From an uncultured Rhodospirillales bacterium (GTDB lineage: Bacteria > Pseudomonadota > Alphaproteobacteria > RF32 > CAG-239): DNA of 64,000 nt. The position numbers and the translations under genes are program-made. Position 1 is the stretch's first letter. The number at the start of each line of letters is the position of its first letter. Below are positions 1-9,799 of this stretch, piece after piece. The notes under the pieces were generated by a model. That model did not search any database and was not told where the DNA came from. It worked only from the letters and a program-made list of their open reading frames with translations. The stretch is from NCBI GenBank assembly GCA_902778645.1, contig CACYYO010000002.1:1511-65510 (forward strand). Reading direction: 5' to 3'.

Positions 1-1062
1 CAGAAGGAGAAGAGGCATCAGCAAAACTGATTTTAACTGTTTCTCCGGTAATTTCAGCCAAAATATCCAAGAGATAGCGGAAATTGTAGCCGATTTCCAA
101 AACCTCACCATCGTAGGCGGCTTCAACTTCTTCTTGTGCACTACCGAGTTCAGGGCTGGAGGTTGTAATGGAAACGTGATTTTTGCCGGTAATCATTTTG
201 ATGGCTCGAGTTCTCTCAGCAACAACGGAAACGCGGTCAACAGCGGTAGCCAAAGCTTTAACGCTCATCTCTAAAGACTTATCATTTCCGGTCGGAATAA
301 CGCGTTCATAGTCCGGATAAGTTCCGTCAATCAATTTAGATGTCAGCGTAACTTCTTCCAAAGTAAAACGAACTTTATTATCAGACATTGAAATTGTCAC
401 ATTTTCAACACTTGTGTCGTCTAATAATTTACGAATTTCACCGATTGTTTTTCTCGGAATAATAACGCCGTTAAGATTCTCGGCTCCTTGAGGTAAGGGC
501 GATTCGACACAAGCCAAGCGATGGCCGTCAGTTGCAACGATTCTCAAAACACTGGTTGCCCCGTTATTTTTAGCGTGCATATAGACACCGTTCAAATAAT
601 AGCGAGTTTCTTCAGTTGAAACGGCAAACTTAGTACGATCAATAACGCCCTTCAGTTCACCAACAGACATAGAGAAGTTAATTGGTAAGGCATCACCTGA
701 AATAACCGGAAAATCTTCAACCCCGATGCAAGAGAGAGAGAATTTTGATTTACCGCAAGCAATCGTTAACTGCCCCTTGTCATCAGGGAAAGTTAACTCA
801 ACTTCTGCCCCGTCAGAAAGTTTTCTGACAATATCATAAAGCATATGCGCAGGCGCGGTTGTTGCTCCCTGTTCACTGATTTTAGCATCAACAACTTCGG
901 TAATTTCCGTATCCATATCGGTTGCCTTAAAGCTGATACCATCAGCCAAAGCCTCGATTTTGACATTAGATAAAACCGGAATAGTGTTTCTTTTTTCAAC
1001 AATACTTTGAACATGGCTCAAAGTTTTTAATAAAGTAGCGCGTTCGATAATAAATTTCATTT
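1..1062 (-). CDS. dnaN: DNA polymerase III beta sliding clamp. The C-terminal part lies outside the window.
   Basis: Minus-strand ORF starting at ATG (complement of cat 1060-1062), translating MKFIIERATLLKTLSHVQSIVEKRNTIPVLSNVKIEALADGISFKATDMDTEI... It runs off the window start. It lies directly downstream of dnaA, as in the canonical dnaA-dnaN arrangement. Confidence 0.85.
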
Positions 1063-1225
1063 TTGGTACCATTTTTGTTATAAATTACTGCTACCGAAAA
1101 GATAGCACGCTTATTTCCTTTTGCGAAATATAAAGCACGATTCGTCAACAAGATTTTTAAGATAAAAAAACAGGCACCATGACAGTGCCCGTTCTGATTT
1201 TATTGACTAGGGATAGAAAACAATT

Positions 1226-2671
1226 CTAAGCATCAAGCGCCCGACGTAAAGCATCAACGCTTTCTGCCAAAGAGGCATCTTCAACAATCAGCTCCTCAAC
1301 CTTTCTAACCGCATGCATGACGGTTGTATGGTCGCGGTCAAACTTGCGCCCGATTTCCGGCAAAGAGCGAGAAGTTAACTGTTTTGCCAAATACATAGCA
1401 ATTTGACGAGGACGAGCTACTGTGCGTGCCCGGCGAGAAGACTGCATTTCTTTAACGGAAATATTAAAGTACTCAGCAACCTTCTTTTGAATCTCATCAA
1501 TCGTTGTTCTTTTATCATAAGAACGAAGCATATCTTTTAAGACATCTTGTGTCATATCCAAAGTGATTTCGTTATTCGAAAGCAACTGAGAATGAGCAAT
1601 CACACGACGCAAAGCCCCTTCCAATTCACGAATATTAGAAGTAATCTTTTGCGCTAAGAACTCAGATACTTTTTGCGGTAACTCAACCCCTAATTGACGC
1701 GCTTTGTTCTCTAAAATACCGATTCTTAAATCAAAGTCCGTCGGGTGAATATCAGCAACCAACCCACAGCTTAAACGGGACTTTAAGCGAGCCTCGATTC
1801 CCTCTAAATCGGATGGAGATTTATCGGCGGAAATAATAATCTGACGACCTTCTTCAATCAAAGAATTAAAGGTATAGAAAAATTCTTCCTGAGTGGTGTC
1901 TTTGCCGCCCATAAACTGAACATCATCAACCATCAAAACATCGACAGAACGGAATTGCTCCTTAAAAGCGGTCGTGTCTTTATAGCGTAAAGCACGAACA
2001 AACTTGTACATGAACTTTTCTGCAGACAGATAAACAATATTACGGCTCGGATCTTGTTGTTTGATATGCCATGCGATGGCGTGCATCAAATGCGTTTTTC
2101 CTAAACCGACCCCCGAGTATAAAAACAGAGGATTAAAAGAAACATTTCTCGATTCCGCAACCTTGCGAGCGGCAGCATAAGCAAACTCATTTGTTTTGCC
2201 GACAACAAAATTATCAAAAGTATATTGCGGATTCAAAGGAACGGATAAAGATTGATCCTGATTGGCTAAAAACTCATTATTGTTTGCCAACAAAGAATTA
2301 ATACCACTTTGATAAATATTAGCCGGAGACGGACTTGTCGAAATCTTTTTCAGTAAAGAACGGCAAGATTTTGTATAAAGCCCATGCCCTTCTTCTTGAA
2401 CAGCTTGAACAATAAAATTGATATTTTTTATCTCAGGATTCTTTTTCTCCCAAATTTTGTGGATTCGATCAGAGTAGTGAGTAATAACCCAGTTGCGCAT
2501 AAAGCGGGTCGGTACACAAATATTCATTGTACCGTCATTAAATGTACCGGGCGTCAAAGGTTTCAACCAGCTGTCAAAAGCGACATCACCGACTTCGTTT
2601 TTTAATTGGCTGCAAATCTGATTCCATTGGTCTTGTACGGATTCTAAATCATTGATTGCCTGTTCAGCCAT
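1226..2671 (-). CDS. dnaA: chromosomal replication initiator protein DnaA
   Basis: 481-aa ORF with an AAA+ Walker A motif (GVGLGKTHLMHAIAWH), sensor motifs and a C-terminal DnaA-box-binding HTH domain (TSRSLPEIGRKFDRDHTTVMHAVRKV). Confidence 0.97.
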   Translation of the reverse strand: MAEQAINDLESVQDQWNQICSQLKNEVGDVAFDSWLKPLTPGTFNDGTMNICVPTRFMRNWVITHYSDRIHKIWEKKNPEIKNINFIVQAVQEEGHGLYTKSCRSLLKKISTSPSPANIYQSGINSLLANNNEFLANQDQSLSVPLNPQYTFDNFVVGKTNEFAYAAARKVAESRNVSFNPLFLYSGVGLGKTHLMHAIAWHIKQQDPSRNIVYLSAEKFMYKFVRALRYKDTTAFKEQFRSVDVLMVDDVQFMGGKDTTQEEFFYTFNSLIEEGRQIIISADKSPSDLEGIEARLKSRLSCGLVADIHPTDFDLRIGILENKARQLGVELPQKVSEFLAQKITSNIRELEGALRRVIAHSQLLSNNEITLDMTQDVLKDMLRSYDKRTTIDEIQKKVAEYFNISVKEMQSSRRARTVARPRQIAMYLAKQLTSRSLPEIGRKFDRDHTTVMHAVRKVEELIVEDASLAESVDALRRALDA

Positions 2672-3029
2672 TTTCTCTCCCCATTCAAAAGATAATTAAT
2701 ACAAATATAATCGTGGTTATATTCTGTTTATGCCAATCGGATTCTTTATAGTGATATAACCTCATTTTAATCTGACCGACATGAACATATTCCATATTCT
2801 TCAACTTCTGTTTGGAATTAGGTTTCTCAAATACCTCTTTATAATAAAGAACGATTCTTTGTCGTACCTTTCAAAATACCATATCTTTGAATATTTCTAA
2901 AACACAACACTCTCGCCGAAAAATTAAGAAACATCGTATGTTATCTTCCATCAACGGCAACAGTCGTTCTAGCTTTACAAAAAGTTCCCCGTATTCGAGA
3001 GCAAAGATAATAACAATAATAATATACTC

Positions 3030-3228
3030 GGATAATCATTCGTAACACCTGTAAGATAACACAATTATTAACTTAACGGCTTTAAGAAAAACTCCTGAAC
3101 AATCATCCCTTAAAGTGATTCGGATAACCATCCGTATCACCTGTAAGATAACACAATTGTTAATCTAACAGCTTTAAGAAAAATTCCTGAAGGATCATCC
3201 CTTAAAGTGATTCGGATAATAAACTGAA
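3030..3228. repeat. About 92-bp direct tandem repeat, 2.1 copies, in the dnaA upstream region. Each unit begins with a DnaA-box-like TTATCCGAATCAC when read on the minus strand.
   Basis: Unit 1 (about 3031-3122) and unit 2 (about 3123-3214) are roughly 90% identical: ggataa(t/c)cat(t/c)cgta(a/t)cacctgtaagataacacaatt(a/g)ttaa... The motif gtgattcggataa recurs at 3024, 3116 and 3208 with a 92-bp period. Confidence 0.6.
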
Positions 3229-3334
3229 AAAAAATAATTACAACAGAACATTTCAAGAACATTTAAATTATATTTCTTGACAAGGTTTTTTTCAGAGTCT
3301 TTTTCCAGAGTCGTTCTAGAGTCTTGAAAATACA

Positions 3335-3377
3335 GATAAAAACACAAAACTCCATAACCTGAAAACAGGGTATGGAG
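3335..3377 (-). terminator. Rho-independent terminator downstream of rpsT
   Basis: On the minus strand: ctccataccctgttttcaggttatggag hairpin (plus 3350-3377) followed by a T-rich tract ttttgtgttttt. Confidence 0.5.
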
Positions 3378-3414
3378 CTTGGCAATTTTTGTAGATGAAA
3401 TTACTTTAATAAAC

Positions 3415-3675
3415 TTAAAGAGCTTTCACTTTTTTAGAAAGACGAGAAACAGTACGAGCAGCTGTATTCTTTTTCAAAACACCCTTGCTGACAGCCTTCA
3501 TTAATTCAGACTCAGCAACCTTAAAAGCAGCAGCTGCAGATTCTTTATTATTTTCGAGAACGGCAGCCAAAACTTTTTTTACAAAAGTGCGAACACGGCT
3601 TCTGCGAGCACCATTAATGATGCTTCTTTTATTGTTTCTGTTAATTCTTGTTTTTGCCGATTTATGATTGGCCAT
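3415..3675 (-). CDS. rpsT: 30S ribosomal protein S20
   Basis: MANHKSAKTRINRNNKRSIINGARRSRVRTFVKK... is typical S20. The true start is the internal ATG at 3673-3675, not the upstream start given in the ORF track. Confidence 0.9.
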   Translation of the reverse strand: MANHKSAKTRINRNNKRSIINGARRSRVRTFVKKVLAAVLENNKESAAAAFKVAESELMKAVSKGVLKKNTAARTVSRLSKKVKAL

Positions 3676-3727
3676 TTTTATTATTCCTATTTTTATAGTT
3701 AAAAACAAAAGAATGATTCTGGGAACT

Positions 3728-3756
3728 TTATAAACTCTTCACTGTCGATAAGTCAA
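3728..3756 (-). promoter_or_regulatory. Sigma70-type promoter candidate for rpsT: TTGACT, 17-bp spacer, TTATAA
   Basis: Minus-strand reading ttgacttatcgacagtgaagagtttataaa. The -35 is at 3751-3756 and the -10 at 3728-3733, about 50 nt upstream of the rpsT ATG. Confidence 0.45.
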
Positions 3757-3793
3757 CAAAAATATTCTCAAAAACCGAAAAAAATAAGATTTT

Positions 3794-4552
3794 TTATGCT
3801 TTTATAACGTTTTGAGAAAGTGTGTTAACTAAAACCTGATGAAATTTTTCAGAGTCGAGACAGTCTAAACTTAATTGCTGTTCCAAAAACAAATCAGACA
3901 GGATAGTATTATCATTTGTGAGTCTTTTCACGGTTGACAGCAGATTTTGAGGAATATTTGCCAATCTTCTGGTTATTTTAATGGATTCCTCCATAAGCGC
4001 CGAAAAAGGGACAATTCTGCTAACCAAACCATGTCTTTCTGCTTCTTCGGCAGACAAGGCTCTGCCGGTCAAAATCATATCGGCGGCGACAGCTTTACCG
4101 ACCCGTTGGCTGAGCAACCGACAACCACCGAAACAAGGGAGAAGAAAGATACTTAATTCCGGCAATCCGAAGCGAGCATTATCCGTTGCTAAGACAATAT
4201 CACTACATAAAGCAATCTCACATCCGATTCCCAAAGCAAAGCCGGAAACGAGAGAAATAATAGGTTTTTTTGCATATAAAAGGGCTTGAAAATCTGTTTG
4301 CATACGGTGGAGTTTGCTTTTAGCCTCTTCTTGATGGGTTGCAAGCTCTTTAATATCAAGACCGGCGGCAAAAGATTTTTCCGCTCCGCGGATAACAATG
4401 ACCTTAACTTCCGGATTCTTCTCAAAATCAGAAATCTGCGTAGCAAGCTCATGAAGCATATTTTCTCCGACAGCATTAAGGGTGCCGGGATTATTAAGGG
4501 TTATCATCCCGACGAAATCATGAAACTCTGCAGCAATATACTTATTATCCAT
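3794..4552 (-). CDS. enoyl-CoA hydratase/isomerase (crotonase) family protein
   Basis: 252 aa with a crotonase-fold signature: ...FAAGLDIKE..., ...ALGIGCEIALCSDIVLATDNARFGLPE... Confidence 0.85.
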   Translation of the reverse strand: MDNKYIAAEFHDFVGMITLNNPGTLNAVGENMLHELATQISDFEKNPEVKVIVIRGAEKSFAAGLDIKELATHQEEAKSKLHRMQTDFQALLYAKKPIISLVSGFALGIGCEIALCSDIVLATDNARFGLPELSIFLLPCFGGCRLLSQRVGKAVAADMILTGRALSAEEAERHGLVSRIVPFSALMEESIKITRRLANIPQNLLSTVKRLTNDNTILSDLFLEQQLSLDCLDSEKFHQVLVNTLSQNVIKA

Positions 4553-4564
4553 TATTTTATTCCT

Positions 4565-4939
4565 CTAAACCCTGTTTTTGACTGTAATGCGTACGTTAAG
4601 CGGTTTACTCGATTCCTTATGGATGCTGAGCGATTCGCTGTCTCGATAGAACAGCAAAGTATTATCAATCAGCCCCTGATAGGTCCAACCCAGTTGTGGC
4701 AAAGATTCCTTATAAAAAGAACTGATTTTCTTAAAGCCAACCTTAGAAGATGTCAGATAAACCTCAATAAAACGAGATTCTTCATTGCCGAAAGAAATCG
4801 TTTTCTCTGTATCTTGAGTTAGTCCTTTCATTAAAGGAACATCTTCGAGTCCGTCAATAAATCGAAAATCTTTAGCCTCTGCCGACAACATCAGGCAAAA
4901 ACAGCAAAAGATAAGCAAAAAAAGTTTTTTCATTTTCAT
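4565..4939 (-). CDS. Small secreted or periplasmic hypothetical protein
   Basis: Likely start MKMKKLFLLIFCCFCLMLSAEA (signal peptide) at 4937-4939, overlapping the fpg stop. No recognisable domain. Confidence 0.5.
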   Translation of the reverse strand: MKMKKLFLLIFCCFCLMLSAEAKDFRFIDGLEDVPLMKGLTQDTEKTISFGNEESRFIEVYLTSSKVGFKKISSFYKESLPQLGWTYQGLIDNTLLFYRDSESLSIHKESSKPLNVRITVKNRV

Positions 4940-5772
4940 CACCTCTGCTTTGTTGCGCAATAGTAGCTGGATCTGCCGCCTTGCACTGTTTTTTGGATTC
5001 CTTTTGTCTTTTCTAAAAAACAAGTGCACCCAGGACAAGATTGCCCTGTTTTACCATAAACGCAATGTTTGTTTTGAAAATATCCCAAGCGACCATCCGG
5101 TTGACGATAATCTTTCAAGGTAGAACCGCCTGCCGCAATAGCCTCAGAAAGGGTTTTCCTTATGCCTTTTATAAGAGCATGACACTCTTTGAGAGAAAGA
5201 GTTTGTGCGGATCGCATGGGTAAAATGCCGGCCAAAAACAAAGCTTCGGAGGCATAAATATTGCCGATTCCTGCAATTAAAGCCTGGTCAAGCAAAGCTT
5301 GTTTTATGGCTAAAGAACGCTTTTCAAGTTTCTTTTTTAACCACGTACCGGTCAAATTTTTATCAAAAGGATCGATACCTAAATTCTTAAAAAGACGATT
5401 CTCAAAAATCTCTTTATCATCAAGGCACAAACAAAGACCAAACCGTCGCGGATCGTTATAAATCATATAACCGTTAGAGGTTTCAAAAACAAGATGATCG
5501 TGTTTTTGCGTCGGTAATTTATTTTTTTCAAGACGCAGTGTTCCGCTCATACCCAGATGAAAAACAATTACTTTGCTGTTACTCAAAAAGCAAAGAATAT
5601 ATTTTGCGATTCTTTTATAGGAGACGATTCTTTGTTTGATAACGGATTCTCTGAAATCTTTTGGAACAGGTTGCCGTAGATGAGGATTTTTAATGCAGAC
5701 ATCTAAAATTGTTGCTGCGCCAAGTTCTTTTTCAATAACCGACTTAACGGTTTCAACTTCAGGCAATTCAGG
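4939..5772 (-). CDS. fpg: formamidopyrimidine-DNA glycosylase (MutM/Fpg)
   Basis: N-terminus MPELPEVETV (catalytic Pro2 after Met removal) and a C-terminal zinc finger CPGCTCFLEKTKGIQKTVQGGRSSYYCATKQR. True start at 5770-5772. Confidence 0.9.
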   Translation of the reverse strand, partial: PELPEVETVKSVIEKELGAATILDVCIKNPHLRQPVPKDFRESVIKQRIVSYKRIAKYILCFLSNSKVIVFHLGMSGTLRLEKNKLPTQKHDHLVFETSNGYMIYNDPRRFGLCLCLDDKEIFENRLFKNLGIDPFDKNLTGTWLKKKLEKRSLAIKQALLDQALIAGIGNIYASEALFLAGILPMRSAQTLSLKECHALIKGIRKTLSEAIAAGGSTLKDYRQPDGRLGYFQNKHCVYGKTGQSCPGCTCFLEKTKGIQKTVQGGRSSYYCATKQR

Positions 5773-5917
5773 CATCGATTCCCTCACGACGAATGTTTTT
5801 TACTATTATAAGCACCTATGATGAGTTTGCAAATATTTTATTAAATTGTCGATTACCGGACTTGCTAATCTTGGAGATATGCGTTAAATAAAAAAGAAAA
5901 TAAAAAAAGAGCACGAT

Positions 5918-6466
5918 ATGAAAAAGCCGCAAAGAACACGAAAATATTTTGCCCCGCAATCCGATAATACCGAGAGAAAATGCGATCACGAGGGCTGCCA
6001 AAAGGCAGGAATTTATCGTGCCCCGAAGGATAAAAGACTGAGAGAATATTATTGGTTTTGCTTGGAACATGTCCAAGAATATAACGCCAAATGGAATTAT
6101 TACGGGGATGCCGATACAGAAGAAGAATTAAATAACGCAAAAGCAAAAATGCACTTTAATGGTGGAAAGTCAAAAATCAAATACCGCTTTGGCGCAAAAT
6201 TTAAGGATTCTTTTGGTTTTTTCAGCGAATATGCCGAAGAATTTACATCTGCCGCACCGGAAACATTTTTTACCGCAGAGGAACGCGGGTGGATTCGCAC
6301 AATGGAGATGGATTTCAACGATTTGAGTATTGCCACACTCAAAAAACAATATAAAAAACTCGTCAAAAAATATCATCCCGATATTAATCGGGATGATAAA
6401 GATGCTGAAGAAAAGTTCAAGCAATTAACCAATGCCTATAGTGCCCTGCTGGCTAAACTGTCCTGA
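5918..6466 (+). CDS. J-domain co-chaperone-like protein with an N-terminal Cys/His zinc-binding region
   Basis: C-terminal J domain with the HPD motif (LKKQYKKLVKKYHPDINRDDKDAEEKFKQLTNAY). N-terminal CDHEGC...C..H cluster. Confidence 0.75.
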   Translation: MKKPQRTRKYFAPQSDNTERKCDHEGCQKAGIYRAPKDKRLREYYWFCLEHVQEYNAKWNYYGDADTEEELNNAKAKMHFNGGKSKIKYRFGAKFKDSFGFFSEYAEEFTSAAPETFFTAEERGWIRTMEMDFNDLSIATLKKQYKKLVKKYHPDINRDDKDAEEKFKQLTNAYSALLAKLS

Positions 6467-7292
6467 TGTTTTGTTCCTGCCGCCGCTGAAGAAGTTTCTT
6501 AAAACTGACTTTTGGCTCGGATACCCGATGCCTTTTTTTGCGGTGATGAGAATTTGGTTTTCTGCCGGTCTTTTTTAAGAGAAGTTGTGCTACCTTTTGG
6601 TCATCATTTTTGGTATTAGTAATATTAATAACATCATTAATTTTCATTCCTTGAACAGCGGAAAATCCGCCGATTTTTTGCAATCTTTTAATGCCTCTCA
6701 TCAAATCTTTTATCTTTTGATCATCAAGTTTTGCAAAACCGATCTTTATATCCGGCGCAACATTGTGTTTGATGGCCATTTCAAAAGTCTCTTTTCCCCA
6801 ACCGTTATTCTGCATATTTTCTGCAACATCTTGAGGAGACAAATTTCCAAGACCTGCTTTTTGGGCTAAACGATTTATCCGTGAAAGAGCGAACAGCTTA
6901 GAAGTATTTTGCTGATTTTGAATGTTTTGAGATGTTTGTTTTTGGTTTATAATCTGTTTTTCTTTTTCATTTAACCCCTGAAAAAGAGAGGTGTCTGACG
7001 CCTTGGTGTTATCCAAAAACAGTAAAGAATTATCAAAAACAAAACTATATTCTTCTTCATCTTCGTCGTCGTCATCTAAAGCTTCTTTTATTTTTTTTCG
7101 CATTTTTTTGAGATGAGAGCTGAAAGGCGCATTAATTTGCGAAGCAACGGAAGAAGACTTTGCGTTGGATTCTTTTGCTTTAATCTGTGCATATACATTT
7201 TGTTGCGCATCGAGATGCCGAGAGAGTCGTTCTTTCTTCCCGAAACTTTTTTTCTTCCACTCAATATTCGGATTCGTGGTTTCATTATCCAT
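6453..7292 (-). CDS. Hypothetical protein with an acidic stretch (DDDDEDEEE) and a Q/N-rich low-complexity region
   Basis: 279-aa ORF convergent with the J-domain gene, overlapping it by 14 nt. No domain recognised by eye. Confidence 0.45.
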   Translation of the reverse strand: MDNETTNPNIEWKKKSFGKKERLSRHLDAQQNVYAQIKAKESNAKSSSVASQINAPFSSHLKKMRKKIKEALDDDDEDEEEYSFVFDNSLLFLDNTKASDTSLFQGLNEKEKQIINQKQTSQNIQNQQNTSKLFALSRINRLAQKAGLGNLSPQDVAENMQNNGWGKETFEMAIKHNVAPDIKIGFAKLDDQKIKDLMRGIKRLQKIGGFSAVQGMKINDVINITNTKNDDQKVAQLLLKKTGRKPNSHHRKKRHRVSEPKVSFKKLLQRRQEQNIRTV

Positions 7293-7328
7293 ACCAAACC
7301 TCCATTAAATCTCCTCTAAAAGGCGTAG

Positions 7329-9053
7329 CTACTCTGCTTCTTTGCCAACATAACCGGATTGCTTGACAAGAGAGCAAACAACCATAATCGAATCATCAGA
7401 CAATAAAACAGAAAGAACATCTATCCTGATACCATCACTCCTTGTTAAACGGAAAGATTTTGTGCTTGCACTCATAAGGTGCGCAAGAATGTCCTCTTTG
7501 AGATCTTGCCAATTTTCAACATGAGCAAAGAAACGCTGTTGGTCATCTAAAACCTCGGCAATACTTGGCTCCTTTCTCAAAAACAACTCATCGGATTGCC
7601 AGAGCTTGAGATAGGCCTGATTAAATGCTTTTAAACGACCGTTAGAACCAAAGATAATGACGGCATCAAACAAATTATTAAGGATTTCATCTTGTACCTG
7701 TAATAAAGCGTTGTAAGCCTGTTGGGTAGCTAATCGGTCAGAAACATCTTCAAAAGCAAAAACAAGCCCCCCCATCGGATAAGGAGACCGCACGCGGCGA
7801 ATAGTGTTTCCGTTTGGCAGATGCAACAAATCTTCCTTAGGTTCAAGGATAGAGGTAAAGGCTTTTAATTCATCATTTTTATATTGTCTGAAATCAGGAA
7901 CTTCCGGCAACAATCTTTTTTCTCTAATGTTTTCAAGAAAAGAAGAGTATGATGGTGCCGATTCCAACCATTTACTTTCCTGCTTCCACAAAGAAACAAA
8001 AGCCTTGTTGTAAAAAGAAAGTTCGCCATGACTGTCGAAAACGGCAAAAGCAGTTCCCAGTGTGCCCAGAATTTCCAAATGAGCATTTTGATGAAGTTTC
8101 AAATCGCGCTTCAGATGATCAAGCTCGGTAATTTCGATTAATGAGCCGACAGTCCATATTTTATCAAGATACCCTTGCAGATGAAAAGGAGATTCGCAAA
8201 CCTCAAAAGAGCAGTGCTGTCCGTTTTTTATAAGGTTTTCATCTTGTTTTTGGGGGCGATTCAGGGCTTGAGCCTGAGCCGCCAAGGTTTTCGCAACACT
8301 TTTTCCGCCGACACTTAACAGTTCTATTTGTTGGCGAATGACATCGCTTTTACTGACGTTTTTAGTAAAATCAAGATATTTTTTGTTAATGACGACCAAA
8401 TTTTGTTGTTCATCGCGCAACCATGCCGGATAAGGGAGATTATCAATAATATCTTCTAATTGTTGAAAGCGCGTTTCCGCAACCTTTTTCTCATGCTCTA
8501 AATAAGAGATTCTTTGAACCTCCTCGCTGACATCACGAAACCAAATCATATCGCAATAGAGATTACCGTCGGTAGCATTAATCCTTGCACCGGCCAGATG
8601 CAGTTGCTTCGTACCGTTTTTTAGGCTGAAATTTTCATCGAATGAGACACCGTCTTCCCTCAGCAAAGCAAGATATTTTTGAATTTTCAGAACATCATCT
8701 TTGGCAAAACACTTCAAAACATCATTAAAAGAAGAAGACGTGCCTTGCGGTAAATTTAAGATAACCGCCAAACGCCGAGAACAGCGCTCTTTAACGTAAT
8801 TTTGAGGGTCATTAACTTTCTCGTCAGGGTAAATAAAAGCAAAATACCCGTCTTTTGAGGCGTAAAGCGTTTCAGCATAACGCTCACGATCACGGTTAAT
8901 AAAATAATTTTTCTGCGTCAGTTTTAGAACTCTGATTTGCGAATAAACAAGCATACTCAGCAATACAACAAAAACCGCAAATAGGATATACCATAATTCC
9001 GGTGCGGCATAAAACATGTCCAATAAGAGTTCTTTATTCATTTTTTTTGCCAC
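7329..9053 (-). CDS. Membrane-anchored multi-PAS sensor protein. No HisKA or HATPase kinase domain is present.
   Basis: N-terminal TM helix (LWYILFAVFVVLLSMLVY) followed by repeated PAS-like modules (..LDKIWTVGSLIEITELD.., ..FDAVIIFGSNGRLKAFNQAYLKLW..). The ORF ends without a kinase core. Confidence 0.55.
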   Translation of the reverse strand: MAKKMNKELLLDMFYAAPELWYILFAVFVVLLSMLVYSQIRVLKLTQKNYFINRDRERYAETLYASKDGYFAFIYPDEKVNDPQNYVKERCSRRLAVILNLPQGTSSSFNDVLKCFAKDDVLKIQKYLALLREDGVSFDENFSLKNGTKQLHLAGARINATDGNLYCDMIWFRDVSEEVQRISYLEHEKKVAETRFQQLEDIIDNLPYPAWLRDEQQNLVVINKKYLDFTKNVSKSDVIRQQIELLSVGGKSVAKTLAAQAQALNRPQKQDENLIKNGQHCSFEVCESPFHLQGYLDKIWTVGSLIEITELDHLKRDLKLHQNAHLEILGTLGTAFAVFDSHGELSFYNKAFVSLWKQESKWLESAPSYSSFLENIREKRLLPEVPDFRQYKNDELKAFTSILEPKEDLLHLPNGNTIRRVRSPYPMGGLVFAFEDVSDRLATQQAYNALLQVQDEILNNLFDAVIIFGSNGRLKAFNQAYLKLWQSDELFLRKEPSIAEVLDDQQRFFAHVENWQDLKEDILAHLMSASTKSFRLTRSDGIRIDVLSVLLSDDSIMVVCSLVKQSGYVGKEAE

Positions 9054-9128
9054 AAAAAAGTTGTTTATTACAAGAAAGTATACTATAAAGCAGAAATAAG
9101 CAAATCATAAAAAACAAAAGTGAATAAA

Positions 9129-9797
9129 ATGAAATATACCCTAGCCTTTGATACCACAGCCGCAGCTTGTTCCATAGCACTGTTTGCTGATGAAAAATAT
9201 TCGGACGGTTTTGTTAAAGAGATGGATTTTGGTCAGGCCGAAACCCTGATTCCGGAAATTGACAAGTTACTCAAAAAACATCAATTAACATTTCAAGAGA
9301 TTGATTTACTGGTTGTCTGCACCGGTCCTGGATCTTTTACCGGAGTGCGCTCCGGTATATCGGCTGCACGGGCATTCGGGTTAGCATGTCCGCACATGGA
9401 GGTTTTAGGAATAACCGCTTTCGAGGGATATACTCATGCCCTGACTTATTCCCCTGAGGAGATAGCAGAAAGAAACGTTGTCATTATTGAGACGAAGAGA
9501 GAAGACTTTTATTTTCAGATTTTTGATAAACATTTACAACCGATTTGCCCGGCCTCTGCCGCAAATAGAGAAGACATAATCAAGGAATTACGTGATAAAA
9601 AAGTTACTTTTCTGGGTGATGGTGTAGAGCGCTTTTTAGCAACATCGACCGGATTGAGTTTGCATGCAATCAAGTCAGCACATTTCCCGGATATCAAAGA
9701 TATTGCTTTGTGCGGCATTTATAAATATCACAAAAAGGAACACAATTATCCAAAGCCTCTGTATCTTCGCGCTCCTGATGTCTGTGTCAAAAAATAG
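9129..9797 (+). CDS. tsaB: tRNA threonylcarbamoyladenosine biosynthesis protein TsaB (YeaZ)
   Basis: MKYTLAFDTTAAACSIALF... and LLVVCTGPGSFTGVRSGISAARAF are typical of the TsaB/Kae1 inactive paralog. Confidence 0.85.
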   Translation: MKYTLAFDTTAAACSIALFADEKYSDGFVKEMDFGQAETLIPEIDKLLKKHQLTFQEIDLLVVCTGPGSFTGVRSGISAARAFGLACPHMEVLGITAFEGYTHALTYSPEEIAERNVVIIETKREDFYFQIFDKHLQPICPASAANREDIIKELRDKKVTFLGDGVERFLATSTGLSLHAIKSAHFPDIKDIALCGIYKYHKKEHNYPKPLYLRAPDVCVKK

Positions 9798-9799
9798 CT

